A stretch of DNA of 64,000 nt from a virus: positions 32,001 through 96,000 of IMG/VR virus record IMGVR_UViG_3300034110_001237. The stretch is one strand, 5' to 3'. This document shows positions 18,675 through 28,591 of this stretch, piece after piece (positions within the stretch are counted from its first letter, which is position 1; every line of letters starts with the position of its first letter). A program made the position numbers and the translations under genes. A model generated the notes under the pieces. The model was not told where the DNA came from. It saw nothing but the letters and a program-made list of their open reading frames with translations, and did no database searches.

Positions 18675-18729
18675 TTGCTTGATTTTTAATATTCTGCTAT
18701 AATTGTGTACCTTATTGGAGATATCAATC

Positions 18730-18879
18730 ATGAAAAAATCCCTGTTGGCTATTTGTCTTATGTTTACTGTAAATCAAGCTCATTCTGCTGATCGTGTGGT
18801 CATTGATATTTTTATGCCACTGACAGTTTGCATTCCTAAACTGACTCCTGTTTTGTCGTTGAAAAAATGTGAGATTTAA
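18730..18879 (+). CDS. 49-aa putative secreted peptide, not in ORF track
   Basis: MKKSLLAICLMFTVNQAHSADRVV...; GGAG RBS; TGCTATAAT promoter. Confidence 0.7.
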   Translation: MKKSLLAICLMFTVNQAHSADRVVIDIFMPLTVCIPKLTPVLSLKKCEI

Positions 18880-19371
18880 GTGACTCATTATATCATTTTT
18901 AAAGAATTGCTTGACTATCCTGTTCAATCAGTTGTAGATGAGACTTATGCAGTAAAAGATTATTTAGGTGTTCATCTTTGTAATTTGGTTGAATTTCCTA
19001 TTGATTTTAAAGTCAATCAAACAATTAAGGTACATATCATTCAAGATTTTTGTTATGATGGTCGGCGTGTCTGGCAACTTTTCTATGTTACTTTCAAAGA
19101 CGAACTGGTGATGTTTTGCTATTCAGCAGGACGAGAAGGTCGTGATAGTTATTCTAGTAGAATTTTTAATATAAAGGCTTTTACTGATATGTTGCTTTTC
19201 ATTGCGGAACAAGATGATTATTATGACGAATCATTTAAATTATCTGAATTGAATACTATTTGTAATCTCGTCCATCGACAAAATATTACAATCACGTCTC
19301 TTGATGAAAAAGCAGATGATTTCATTAATTTTTACAGCAATAAACTCAATGATGTCTTTAGTAGTTGGTAA
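18880..19371 (+). CDS. hypothetical protein
   Basis: 163 aa, GTG start next to the upstream stop; AGREGRD motif. Confidence 0.75.
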   Translation: MTHYIIFKELLDYPVQSVVDETYAVKDYLGVHLCNLVEFPIDFKVNQTIKVHIIQDFCYDGRRVWQLFYVTFKDELVMFCYSAGREGRDSYSSRIFNIKAFTDMLLFIAEQDDYYDESFKLSELNTICNLVHRQNITITSLDEKADDFINFYSNKLNDVFSSW

Positions 19372-19415
19372 CTTTGTGGTATAATGCAAGCCACAGATGA
19401 GAGTAGAGGCATATC

Positions 19416-19940
19416 ATGACACTATCTATCCGCAAAGAATACGAAACATTAGGGGTTGATACCTATTACAGCGACCATGCTGAAACGTATCACAATCCTC
19501 ATGCTGCCTTTGCTTTGACCTGTCTTGACCAGCTTTGGAAACCAAGCTTTAAAAACATTCTGGATTTTGCTTGTGGGGACGGTCTTGTTTCTAAACATCT
19601 CTCCAAAACAAAACAGGTTAATTCGGTTGTAGGTTGTGATAAATTTCTATTTTCCCGTTATCAGAGAGAAACCCATAATCAATGCTTTGACTATTCGTTT
19701 GAAGACGTTGCTAATGGTGAGTTTGAAATGCCTAAAGTTGATGTGATTGTATTAAGTTATGCCATTGACCTTGTTGAAGCGTCGTATTTGAGTACCATGC
19801 TTTATGGCTTGTCTACGATTGCTGATAATTTGATTGTTATTCGTCCGAATAATCATGTTGTTGAACATTTTGCTTGGCAGTTGGAACAATCGGTAAAAGT
19901 AGAAAAATCTCGTGGAATGTTGTACACAAAAACTATTTAA
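19416..19940 (+). CDS. class I SAM-dependent methyltransferase
   Basis: ILDFACGDG motif I, VVGCD motif II. Confidence 0.8.
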   Translation: MTLSIRKEYETLGVDTYYSDHAETYHNPHAAFALTCLDQLWKPSFKNILDFACGDGLVSKHLSKTKQVNSVVGCDKFLFSRYQRETHNQCFDYSFEDVANGEFEMPKVDVIVLSYAIDLVEASYLSTMLYGLSTIADNLIVIRPNNHVVEHFAWQLEQSVKVEKSRGMLYTKTI

Positions 19941-19954
19941 CTAGGAGTTATAAA

Positions 19955-20389
19955 ATGATGAAGAAAATTGTTGGCGTTATGTTCATGACTTTGGGTTTGA
20001 TGAGTATGAGTGCTCATGCAAATATGGCAGTTATGACGGCTACTAATACAGCTATCATTAATACAGTGGCCGCTTCTAGTGTGATTGATGAACCCGAAGC
20101 AGAACAAGCATCTGAACCCGTTGTGGAAGCTGTTAAGGTTGAAGCCAAGGAAAAAACGTATAATGTTGAACCAGCCGGAAGCTATATGTTAACTATTTGT
20201 AATTCTTCACAAGTGCAAACTGCTCTTGCTTGGCAAACCGTTTGTACCGCTGACAAAAATCGTTCTTTTAGAAGCAATATGTGTCCGGTCATGTCTTTTT
20301 TACGGTTTTGCCAACCAGCGACAGCACAAGAAGTTAAAGGTCTGAATCCTGTAAAAGCCAACTACAACAACATATTCTTAAAAGATTAA
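19955..20389 (+). CDS. putative secreted protein
   Basis: Signal peptide ending SAHA, four Cys, AGGAG RBS. Confidence 0.8.
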   Translation: MMKKIVGVMFMTLGLMSMSAHANMAVMTATNTAIINTVAASSVIDEPEAEQASEPVVEAVKVEAKEKTYNVEPAGSYMLTICNSSQVQTALAWQTVCTADKNRSFRSNMCPVMSFLRFCQPATAQEVKGLNPVKANYNNIFLKD

Positions 20390-20399
20390 AGGTGCCATT

Positions 20400-20882
20400 A
20401 TGAACACGACACCACTCATGTATTCGATTACTTTTAAGAAAACTAATGAGGCTTCCGTGGCTCATGACGATTTGAAACGAGTCACCAATACAATCATTGA
20501 TAATTGGGCGAGTGAAAGCGACTTAACGCTTACCAATGCAAAGCCAGAAGTCTATGAAAATGCTTGGAATTATGTAGATCTTAATCGTCACTTGATTTCT
20601 AGTAAGCTTTTGCAGTATAATAGCCGTGTTGATGGCGATGACCTTGTGATTGAATTCAATCTGAATGCGATTCTGGATAGTTCAGCCGAAATTAAGGCTG
20701 ATTACTGGGAAGACAAGTATCTTCAAGATTACAATGATGTGGAAAAATTGTTTCATCCATTGATTGATGGATTTTTCAATAATTTTGATGGAGCCTTTGC
20801 TTTCCTGATGTTTAAAGAAATGTCTGCCAATAAAGATTTTAAAGAATATCCACAAATGCAACACAAATTGTTTAACAAATAA
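20400..20882 (+). CDS. hypothetical protein
   Basis: 160 aa, AAGGTG RBS. Confidence 0.8.
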   Translation: MNTTPLMYSITFKKTNEASVAHDDLKRVTNTIIDNWASESDLTLTNAKPEVYENAWNYVDLNRHLISSKLLQYNSRVDGDDLVIEFNLNAILDSSAEIKADYWEDKYLQDYNDVEKLFHPLIDGFFNNFDGAFAFLMFKEMSANKDFKEYPQMQHKLFNK

Positions 20883-20913
20883 ATTTAACTATCTTAATAA
20901 AGGAAAAACTAAA

Positions 20914-21240
20914 ATGCGTAAAATGATTAGTCTCATGTTTTCGGTTGTTGCTCTGGTTCTGTGTGGTTTTCAAACTGCTGCTCTTGCAGGCCCGATTATT
21001 GTCATGCCACGAGTATATATTCCACCTGTCCGTGTCGCCACACCTGCACCGGCTGTTAAAGTTACTCCACCACCGGCCCGCGTTGCGACTCCTAAAACCA
21101 ATCAGTCTGAATCAACGACCAATAGTCTTGTTCCTATTATGACAGGTATTGCTGTTATGAACGCTACATCGTCAGCAAATGCGGCATCTAATCAAGATGA
21201 AGATGATAATAACAATACTGCAGAAGATTCTGACGAATAA
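20914..21240 (+). CDS. putative secreted Pro-rich low-complexity protein
   Basis: Signal peptide ending AALA; repeated (R/K)V(A)TP; acidic tail. Confidence 0.75.
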   Translation: MRKMISLMFSVVALVLCGFQTAALAGPIIVMPRVYIPPVRVATPAPAVKVTPPPARVATPKTNQSESTTNSLVPIMTGIAVMNATSSANAASNQDEDDNNNTAEDSDE

Positions 21241-21363
21241 CCTTTTTGTCTAAAGTGACTAGATTTCTTTAGTGAATGATAGTCACCAAGGCATGATTGT
21301 GGTATAATACGGCCAATGAAGTAAATAACCCTTTTTACACTTGTGCCTATGAAGGTGAATGAC

Positions 21364-21984
21364 ATGACTAACCAAAAAGAATATCCGTTGATTGAAAACC
21401 TTGAAGCGGTGAAACGTAAAAAATTCGCCACTGTCGAAGATCGGTTAACCTCTATTATCGCTGTATTGGATGAAGAAGTGTTGTCGCGTGGTATTGAACA
21501 CAATCCAGACAGAACTGTTCCAGAAGATATGGTTCGACAATCTAAATTTCGTTGGGATGTTGCGGGTTGTGTTTTTACTGGTAAAAAAATGCTCAATGCT
21601 ATGCAAAAGCAAGAAGTCACCAATATTGTTACTAAAAATTATCTGCTTTGTGTTCATCAGCCAGAAGTTTTCTATGATATGGCTGCAATGATGTTTTATA
21701 ATTTCTATAATAAAGACAGCGGTAGTGGTTTGACTGCTGACGAAAATAACGAAATCATTAGAAATATTTTTGGTAATGACTTTGATAAATTGCAAGAAGC
21801 ATTTGATGAGTGGTTGGTGGAACATATTGAAAAGATGTTGATTCCACACCCAACTTGGACAAGTATTGACCCTGTTAAGCATTTAGCAAGCCAATCCAAA
21901 TATTATCAAGAATCGTATAAAGGTGCTTTTTTTATGTCTTCTATTGAAAAAGCCATTCAAAATGTAACTAATGCAATAGTTTGA
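21364..21984 (+). CDS. hypothetical protein
   Basis: ATG after AAGGTG; TGGTATAAT upstream. Confidence 0.8.
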   Translation: MTNQKEYPLIENLEAVKRKKFATVEDRLTSIIAVLDEEVLSRGIEHNPDRTVPEDMVRQSKFRWDVAGCVFTGKKMLNAMQKQEVTNIVTKNYLLCVHQPEVFYDMAAMMFYNFYNKDSGSGLTADENNEIIRNIFGNDFDKLQEAFDEWLVEHIEKMLIPHPTWTSIDPVKHLASQSKYYQESYKGAFFMSSIEKAIQNVTNAIV

Positions 21985-22005
21985 TCGTTATTTTGTTTGA
22001 AAACA

Positions 22006-22028
22006 GAGCCTCTTCGGAGGCTTTTTTT
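22006..22028 (+). terminator. intrinsic terminator
   Basis: GAGCCTC-TTCG-GAGGCTT plus T tract. Confidence 0.85.
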
Positions 22029-22096
22029 ATAAATTTTTATTTACTTGATTTTTTATCGTTTAGTGCTACTCTTTTAGATACACTAATGGAGCCACT

Positions 22097-22681
22097 ATGT
22101 TCAGTAAATTTATTAATTACATTAAATTAGACAAAACAACGATTCTTATTCTTATTGCAATCTTGTCCTTTAAATCGTTTGCTTATAATCCATCTTATGT
22201 CCCAACTGGCTCAATGATCCCGACGATTGATGAGAAGTCATTCATTTTGGTGGATGTTCATAGCTATGGTATTAAGATCCCTTTCACTAAAATTGAACTG
22301 TTGAAAACAGGTCATCCAGAACGTGGTGATATTGCTGTTTTTAGAATGCCTTTAGACGAAAGAACCAATTATGTGAAACGTATTGTGGCTGTTGCTGGTG
22401 ATACTGTTTATTTCAATGACAACTCTTTCAAGATCAATGAAGTCCCAACGGATATGCCTAACATGAAGAAAGCTGTTGTGCCTGTTGGTTATTATTTTGC
22501 AATCGGTGATAACATCAAACATTCTTATGATAGCCGTTTCTGGGGTTACGTTCCAGAAGCTAATCTTGTGGGTAAATATGTCACTACCCTACTCAGCTTG
22601 AACAAAATATTACCACAATCAGATAAGCCTGCAGAACATGAAAAACATGGCGAAGACAAGCTGAAGTTGCAAAAACAATAA
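22097..22681 (+). CDS. lepB: signal peptidase I (S26 family)
   Basis: TM anchor; TGSMIPT (catalytic Ser), RGDIAVF, YVKRIV (catalytic Lys), GDN...SYDSRFWG. Confidence 0.93.
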   Translation: MFSKFINYIKLDKTTILILIAILSFKSFAYNPSYVPTGSMIPTIDEKSFILVDVHSYGIKIPFTKIELLKTGHPERGDIAVFRMPLDERTNYVKRIVAVAGDTVYFNDNSFKINEVPTDMPNMKKAVVPVGYYFAIGDNIKHSYDSRFWGYVPEANLVGKYVTTLLSLNKILPQSDKPAEHEKHGEDKLKLQKQ

Positions 22682-22719
22682 ATTATGTTATACTTGGCTC
22701 CAACAAAGGAGCCTTTTTT

Positions 22720-22995
22720 ATGTCCAACAAAATTTTTATTGCATTCGTCAACTTGGTTGATAAATATGAAAAAACGTTGAATGAACTCGATGACCCAGAA
22801 CTGATGAAGTCTGATAAGTTGTTTGCTGGTATGATGGCAGACTTTAAGAAAGAATTTGTGAGCTATTGGTTGCTGATCGAGCAATATGGCCGACTTAAAG
22901 TATTTGGTAATCAAGAAGAAATGTTGGCAACTGTCACTGAAATGCAGAAAATCATCACGGCCAAGAATGCTCCTTCTGATGAAATCTTCTCTTGA
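22720..22995 (+). CDS. hypothetical protein
   Basis: AAGGAG RBS. Confidence 0.8.
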   Translation: MSNKIFIAFVNLVDKYEKTLNELDDPELMKSDKLFAGMMADFKKEFVSYWLLIEQYGRLKVFGNQEEMLATVTEMQKIITAKNAPSDEIFS

Positions 22996-23020
22996 TGTAA
23001 ATTAATAATAGGAACCCATT

Positions 23021-23143
23021 ATGGATAAAAAGCCAGAAAAACCAACAAGATCTACTGAGCCTCCTGTCAGACGTGTTGTTAATGAGAAAGTTATCAACAA
23101 AAAAGAAATTGATGATTGGTGTAAAAACCGAAAACAGAAATAA
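23021..23143 (+). CDS. 40-aa basic peptide, not in ORF track
   Basis: MDKKPEKPTRSTEPPVRRVVNEKVINKKEIDDWCKNRKQK; AGGA RBS; fills the gap. Confidence 0.6.
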   Translation: MDKKPEKPTRSTEPPVRRVVNEKVINKKEIDDWCKNRKQK

Positions 23144-23208
23144 ACACTGTAGACGCCAGTTCGCATTCGTGGTATAATACGCCCATATTTCGAATAGAGT
23201 GAATTACT

Positions 23209-24102
23209 ATGAAAGCTTCCGATTTCAATAAAAACTTCATTAAAGACTTGAAACTGCCTATAGCCGTGGACAAGTCTCCCTATTTTGAACATTATCTCGC
23301 ATTGACGAGTCCTTACTATGGTTCTGTTGAGAAATACGAAACCTTCAAACGTGACTTTGATGCATTTGGCAGTCAGTTCTTTTTTGAACACAACCGCAAA
23401 ACAGTCAACGCTACGCTGGATGCGATTTCGGCTTCTACTGAGTATGCTCGTTTCAATGCAATGGACATGAGCGTATTCAACAAAGAAATTAAAATCAGTG
23501 CAAAAGAACTTTACAAATCGGATAAAGCGGATAAAAAGTTTTACAGCATTGATTTGGTTAAAGCCAACTTCCAGTCGCTGTTGCTGGTAGAGCCGACTAT
23601 TTTTGGTGGTCATACCGATTACACTGAATTTGCGGTTAGCCGGGGTTTCAACGATTATATGCTAATCAGTAAGCTGACTCGCCAAATCTTGTTTGGTAAC
23701 TTGAACCCAAAACGTCAACAAAAGGTTCAATACTTCATGATGAACCAAATTGCTGACCGGTTGATCAAGTCTGGAATTGATGTATCGTCTGTTTACAGCC
23801 TGTCTTCTGATGAACTTGTTTTTGAACAAGGCGACTACAAGAAAGAGGCTATTTGGGATGCTATTGCACCACTTGGTTACAATGTTCGTGTTGAAGCGTT
23901 TACGCTTCGCAAACCATTCGACAAGCCCTTTTATGTAAAGGAACGTGATGATGGTAGTGTAGAGTTTAAGATGGTTCCAACGGCTGTTATGGCTGAGTTC
24001 ATCAAACGCTTTGAAGGTCGGGCTGTTGAAGATATTGACCTTTACTTCTACGATGAAAGCAAAAGGTTGTCTAAATTTATCGAACCCGCCATCGAGAGTT
24101 AA
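23209..24102 (+). CDS. hypothetical protein, possible polymerase palm-like domain
   Basis: 297 aa; FYSIDLVKANF and SLSSDELVF resemble palm motifs A and C. Confidence 0.6.
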   Translation: MKASDFNKNFIKDLKLPIAVDKSPYFEHYLALTSPYYGSVEKYETFKRDFDAFGSQFFFEHNRKTVNATLDAISASTEYARFNAMDMSVFNKEIKISAKELYKSDKADKKFYSIDLVKANFQSLLLVEPTIFGGHTDYTEFAVSRGFNDYMLISKLTRQILFGNLNPKRQQKVQYFMMNQIADRLIKSGIDVSSVYSLSSDELVFEQGDYKKEAIWDAIAPLGYNVRVEAFTLRKPFDKPFYVKERDDGSVEFKMVPTAVMAEFIKRFEGRAVEDIDLYFYDESKRLSKFIEPAIES

Positions 24103-24118
24103 TATCAGATGGTTAATT

Positions 24119-24143
24119 AAAGCAGTCTTCGGGCTGCTTTTTT
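24119..24143 (+). terminator. intrinsic terminator
   Basis: AGCAGTC-TTCG-GGCTGCT plus T tract. Confidence 0.85.
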
Positions 24144-24204
24144 CTTTCCATACTTCTTAAACTATGGTATAATCACCACCTTAATCAAACAAACAGGTGA
24201 CAAC

Positions 24205-24903
24205 ATGATCGGTAGAAAAGTTTATTTCCGCTATGCTGATAAAGTGATGGCTGTTGAAGTCTATGCAGAAACCCCAGAAGCATTTAAAGACCGTACAGGC
24301 ATTGATGTCATTGATCATACAGTAGCCGAAGTCGCCAGCTTGGTGGATTACACTGGTGTTGTTTCCGAAGCTCGTGTTGGTAAGTCTGTTGAAAAACTTC
24401 GTTATGCAGAAGGGATTGCAGAAGTCATTACACGTCCAAGATTGATGATGGCTCAACAAGATATTGATGATGCAATTTCTCGCTCGACTATTTCTTTGGA
24501 GTTGAAGCAAGTTTCAGACATTCCTGATATGCCTGAAAATTTCAAAAATTATTTAACTTCTTCATTCTATTTTAATACAAATGATAAAAAAAGTTTTGTG
24601 GGTTTTGTTGAAATCCCTAACAAAAATCATTTTATTTTGAATAATTTAGTTACATTACATTCTGCATCTTTTATTATGCCTGATCAAAGGGAGTTTGTTT
24701 CTGTGCATGTTTTTAAAAGTGGAACTTTTGAATTTGATACAGAAAAGGACATTATTGAAAAAGGTGAGTGGATTGTCTTAATTTATGGTGTTGATAACTA
24801 TTCGTTAGGTAAACGCTTTCATACCGAACAGGAAGCAAATGATTTTGTGCGTCTTGGTTGGAAGATGGAATTCGAAAATGATTTGCTCTACTACAATTCA
24901 TAA
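24205..24903 (+). CDS. hypothetical protein
   Basis: 232 aa, AGGTG RBS, TGGTATAAT upstream. Confidence 0.85.
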   Translation: MIGRKVYFRYADKVMAVEVYAETPEAFKDRTGIDVIDHTVAEVASLVDYTGVVSEARVGKSVEKLRYAEGIAEVITRPRLMMAQQDIDDAISRSTISLELKQVSDIPDMPENFKNYLTSSFYFNTNDKKSFVGFVEIPNKNHFILNNLVTLHSASFIMPDQREFVSVHVFKSGTFEFDTEKDIIEKGEWIVLIYGVDNYSLGKRFHTEQEANDFVRLGWKMEFENDLLYYNS

Positions 24904-24946
24904 GTATTAAAATACGACAAAAGGACTATCGCTAGTCCTTTTTTTA

Positions 24947-24975
24947 TTGACGAATTTTGCTAAAAGTGATATAAT
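24947..24975 (+). promoter_or_regulatory. sigma70-type promoter
   Basis: TTGACG-17nt-TATAAT with TG extension. Confidence 0.8.
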
Positions 24976-25016
24976 TCTCCCCATTAACTACCATATAAGG
25001 TAGATGGAGGCGTGAA

Positions 25017-25196
25017 ATGCGTATGTTTCTTTTGAAAGTTCTCATTGTTGTCAGTGTTTTGTCCCTTATTGTGACGGGTAGTGTTTGGGCTGCAATTCTT
25101 TCAGTTGCTTTCGCATCTCTATTGGCATTGGAAAAAAATGAAGTAACTCACTTGTGCCACAAACAATGCACTTATAAATTCAGCCAAAATTACTAA
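25017..25196 (+). CDS. 59-aa membrane peptide, not in ORF track
   Basis: GGAGG RBS; MRMFLLKVLIVVSVLSLIVTGSVWAAILSVAFASLLAL... Confidence 0.7.
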   Translation: MRMFLLKVLIVVSVLSLIVTGSVWAAILSVAFASLLALEKNEVTHLCHKQCTYKFSQNY

Positions 25197-25207
25197 GGAT
25201 TAACATA

Positions 25208-25525
25208 ATGACTATTCAATATGTGATGACCCACAATGAATGGATTGCTCACACAGTCAGTTTGATTCCAGATGCTTGTGCAAAACATGACACAAAGGAC
25301 AGTATTGCTTTTGATTTAGCACTGGAATTTGGTATTTTGAGTGGTCTTGTGCCTAGTGGTTGGTATCCTGATGAAGCAGTTGGTCATCTGGTTGAGCGTG
25401 AAGAAGAAAAAGGAAATCTTGACGACAGTGACCTTGATGAATATGAAGCAAAGGTTGCTGTTTATCATGAAAAAATGAAAGCCAAATATGAAGCCGAAGC
25501 TGCGGCACAAAAAGGATCTGTATAA
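25208..25525 (+). CDS. hypothetical acidic protein
   Basis: AAGGA RBS. Confidence 0.8.
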   Translation: MTIQYVMTHNEWIAHTVSLIPDACAKHDTKDSIAFDLALEFGILSGLVPSGWYPDEAVGHLVEREEEKGNLDDSDLDEYEAKVAVYHEKMKAKYEAEAAAQKGSV

Positions 25526-26679
25526 TGTCCCATCAAGCTAACAAACACGTTGTCGATATTGTTAATACATTGACTGCCTATCTTTTTTCAGATCGTTTTG
25601 ATCAAAGTTTGATTGAGAGTAAAGAACATCATATGCGTGCTCCGCGTGTTGAAATGACAATGGAGCTGATGAGGGCTATTATTGATAAGACTGCTACACC
25701 AGAGCAGTTTGAATTGATGGACCAGATCGCACGCCAAAGTTTGAATAAAATTAATAATGTTCATAACTCTCTTGTTTTTCATCTTGATGGTATTCGTTAT
25801 CAGGTTAAACAAGAATATGATCAATATACAGTCTACTCTAAATACAAAGCTCCTAACTTCTCCGGCTTACCCGATGAATTTAAAGAATCTGTAGTCGATG
25901 ATGTTGACGTTATTCATGAAAAATTTATTAAATTGACAAGCCTTTATCCTGCACAAGATTTCATGAAGTTTAAAAATAAAGACCGATACAGTAGCAATGA
26001 ATTTTCAGAATATTGCATTGTGCGTTTGAGCAGTGCATACCCTGTTGCTTATGCGTCGAAAGATTTATTTGAACTATGTGATCATTTTCCAGAAGCGTTC
26101 ACGGCTGAACAGCTCGCCTTCATTGAAATGAACCGAGTTGAAAGCTTTCAAACTATCGATAAATCTCAAAAATCGCTTGAAGTTATGTTTGCAGAATGGA
26201 AAAAACTGCTCAAGCGGAAAAAAGCTACACCTAATAAACAGTTTTCTTTCAATGACATGGACAACTATGCGTTCTTGAATGAGAATGAAACCCATCTGTT
26301 GATGTCTCAACGTAGTCAAAATACACTTTATGCATATGTTCTTGAAAAAGCTACGGGTCATTATAAAGTGTGGACAGCGGCCCATGAAGTGAATGCAGCT
26401 CCTGATGATTTCTATTATTCAGAAATGGTCGAAGACTGTGCTAATTACTTAGAAATGGTTCAATATTACATTGGGCGTGACTACGGCCCTAAAAGCTATC
26501 CAGTAATGATTTCCCATGATGGTTATATCAAATCGGCTCAATATCATTTGGAGAACTTCAATGATGATGATGGCTTGGTGTATGACTCGGTGCGTGGTTT
26601 TAATCTTCATTCACCTGATTGTGGTAACTTGTTAGGTGATTTTGACCTCTTATTGAGTGTTATTGACCATTATCGTTAA
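25525..26679 (+). CDS. hypothetical protein
   Basis: 384 aa, TAATG coupling with the upstream gene. Confidence 0.85.
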   Translation: MSHQANKHVVDIVNTLTAYLFSDRFDQSLIESKEHHMRAPRVEMTMELMRAIIDKTATPEQFELMDQIARQSLNKINNVHNSLVFHLDGIRYQVKQEYDQYTVYSKYKAPNFSGLPDEFKESVVDDVDVIHEKFIKLTSLYPAQDFMKFKNKDRYSSNEFSEYCIVRLSSAYPVAYASKDLFELCDHFPEAFTAEQLAFIEMNRVESFQTIDKSQKSLEVMFAEWKKLLKRKKATPNKQFSFNDMDNYAFLNENETHLLMSQRSQNTLYAYVLEKATGHYKVWTAAHEVNAAPDDFYYSEMVEDCANYLEMVQYYIGRDYGPKSYPVMISHDGYIKSAQYHLENFNDDDGLVYDSVRGFNLHSPDCGNLLGDFDLLLSVIDHYR

Positions 26680-26770
26680 TGCTTATTTTCTTACTGAAAA
26701 AAGCCCTTAATGACTTTTTTTGTTATTCAAAACGTGTTATTATAGTATCTCTTAATTTAGGATATAAATC

Positions 26771-27202
26771 ATGTCTAGAACATATAATGGTGGTCAGTAT
26801 ACATTTTCATTTGAAGTCAGTGGAGCTGTTAATCCAGAGAATCTTTCAAGAGACTTCTTCAAAAAATTGAGAAATCCAGAATCATTGAAACCGCTTTTGA
26901 CTGATGAGCAATATATTGTCTATGACACGCTTATCTTATTCAAAGAGTATGTTGAAGATGATTATGTCTATCGCACGCTGGATGGCATTGAACGACTTGA
27001 TGACTTTGATGAGAGTGGGTTCTCCGTTGGTTTTGCATCTCCACGGTTTTTCACCACTGAACAAGTGAAAGATCTCTATCTCAATGTGGTCATTCCAATC
27101 TTCACTTCATGTGACATTGCCAGCAAACCTACTGGTGAATTTACTGAACATCACACCTATACAGAAACGACAGCGAAGTCTCATAAAATTGCTTTCTGTT
27201 AA
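26771..27202 (+). CDS. hypothetical protein
   Basis: AGGA RBS. Confidence 0.8.
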   Translation: MSRTYNGGQYTFSFEVSGAVNPENLSRDFFKKLRNPESLKPLLTDEQYIVYDTLILFKEYVEDDYVYRTLDGIERLDDFDESGFSVGFASPRFFTTEQVKDLYLNVVIPIFTSCDIASKPTGEFTEHHTYTETTAKSHKIAFC

Positions 27203-27288
27203 TATAAAAACAAGCCGAAAACATAGCTCTCATGCTTGATTTGGCTTGTTTAAAATGGTAGAATTACTCCATCTTTGGAGCTTCTTAT

Positions 27289-27483
27289 ATGGTTCGTATT
27301 TTGAAATCATTTCGATCTATTTACAGCAAAAAAACATTGATCTTGGGCACCTTTCAACTGCATAATAATCAAGTGATCTATACCGTCATTGAAAAAGATG
27401 TGGTTCATAAGCTGTTTGGTTTTCCTGTTTTAAAACATGCTGGTATGATTACCCCAGACGATTGGAAGCGTATTATCTCTTAA
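27289..27483 (+). CDS. hypothetical protein
   Basis: GGAG RBS, promoter upstream. Confidence 0.7.
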   Translation: MVRILKSFRSIYSKKTLILGTFQLHNNQVIYTVIEKDVVHKLFGFPVLKHAGMITPDDWKRIIS

Positions 27484-27500
27484 CATTTTAGGTATCGACA

Positions 27501-27710
27501 GTGAATCATTTTCTCAAAAATTATGCAATGCTTATTGAATCCCATGCCGGGATTTTTTTTATTGTCTTTTTCATGTGCTTTTCAGTGTTCTGGAACCTGC
27601 AAGACAAAAGCTGTGTCAATTTCATCCTCACTTTCATTTTTCCGTTCGTCGGCCTTTCAGCTTTTATTAAAATTTTGATGTTTTTCTTTGAAAAAGACGA
27701 GTTTAATTAA
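27501..27710 (+). CDS. small membrane protein
   Basis: Two hydrophobic segments. Confidence 0.65.
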   Translation: MNHFLKNYAMLIESHAGIFFIVFFMCFSVFWNLQDKSCVNFILTFIFPFVGLSAFIKILMFFFEKDEFN

Positions 27711-27874
27711 TTGATTTTTGGCGGTTTTTTTATGCTCTAAAAATAGATGAAAAATTTTAAAATATTTTGTAAGTATTTGATTTTAAAAGGTTTTAAACAT
27801 CTAAAAATATGAGAAAAATTTGCTTTTTTATGATTTTCTTGGTATAATACTTACACATAAACAGGAGAGCAAAT

Positions 27875-28084
27875 ATGACTATTACTATGAACACCGTTGA
27901 ATCCAGCTCAATCTTCAAAGTTGGCTATCGTCGTCGCGTCATGCAAGTGCAGTTTAATTCCGGTCGTGTTTATGAGTTTCGTAAGGTGCCTCGTGCCACT
28001 TATGATCAGTTGATGCGTTCTCATTCAAAAGGTGAGTTCTTCAACCGCGAAATCAAAGATTCTTTTGTTTCGACTGAAATCTAA
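27875..28084 (+). CDS. KTSC domain protein
   Basis: VESSSIFKVGY...VQFNSGRVYEF..VP...Y..L....SKGEFFN..IK pattern. Confidence 0.9.
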   Translation: MTITMNTVESSSIFKVGYRRRVMQVQFNSGRVYEFRKVPRATYDQLMRSHSKGEFFNREIKDSFVSTEI

Positions 28085-28096
28085 CGCTTTGTAGAC

Positions 28097-28117
28097 AAAG
28101 GCACTTCGGTGCCTTTT
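28097..28117 (+). terminator. intrinsic terminator
   Basis: AAAGGCAC-TTCG-GTGCCTTTT. Confidence 0.85.
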
Positions 28118-28174
28118 GTTATTGTTACCTTTAAAATCTGTGCTATAATATCTCAAAATTCGTAGGAGAATACC

Positions 28175-28498
28175 ATGTCGAATGCAAGCCCTTGTAATGA
28201 GTGTCCTTTCAAACAATCAATTCCCGGTGATTGTCACTCAGCGTGCGGCCATCCAGTAGCTGTTGAAAAACAGATGTTGCTGATGTCTCTCGTATTCACT
28301 GGTCGTCTTGGCGTGATTGAGCAAGCCTTGGGACTTCGAATTGAACCTCATGCAGTAAGCCAAGGTTGGGCGAACTTCCCTGTTAATTTTGACCCTATTT
28401 GGGTAACAGGGACTTGTTCGATGTTGGACAGTTATAAACAATCAGTAGCGAAGTTTACAGCACAACGAGAATCAGAACTTATTCATAAAGAATCCTGA
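28175..28498 (+). CDS. Cys/His-rich putative Zn-binding protein
   Basis: CxxC, HxxC, GWANFPVNFDPIW, distal Cys. Confidence 0.75.
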   Translation: MSNASPCNECPFKQSIPGDCHSACGHPVAVEKQMLLMSLVFTGRLGVIEQALGLRIEPHAVSQGWANFPVNFDPIWVTGTCSMLDSYKQSVAKFTAQRESELIHKES

Positions 28499-28591
28499 CT
28501 CTTTTTCAATGAGTTAATATTAAAGGCTTGAGCGATCAAGCCTTTTTTGTTATAATACTTCCTACTATTCACATATAACGGTTTATTCACG

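Noticed and set aside
18724-18927. 67-aa minus-strand ORF
   Set aside because: Shadow of the 49-aa signal-peptide gene and the next CDS.
23002-23613. Long antisense ORFs (also 42250-42837, 55899-56432, 56445-56984, 21445-21882 and others)
   Set aside because: They lie opposite well-supported genes, lack RBS and have unnatural composition; typical antisense shadows.
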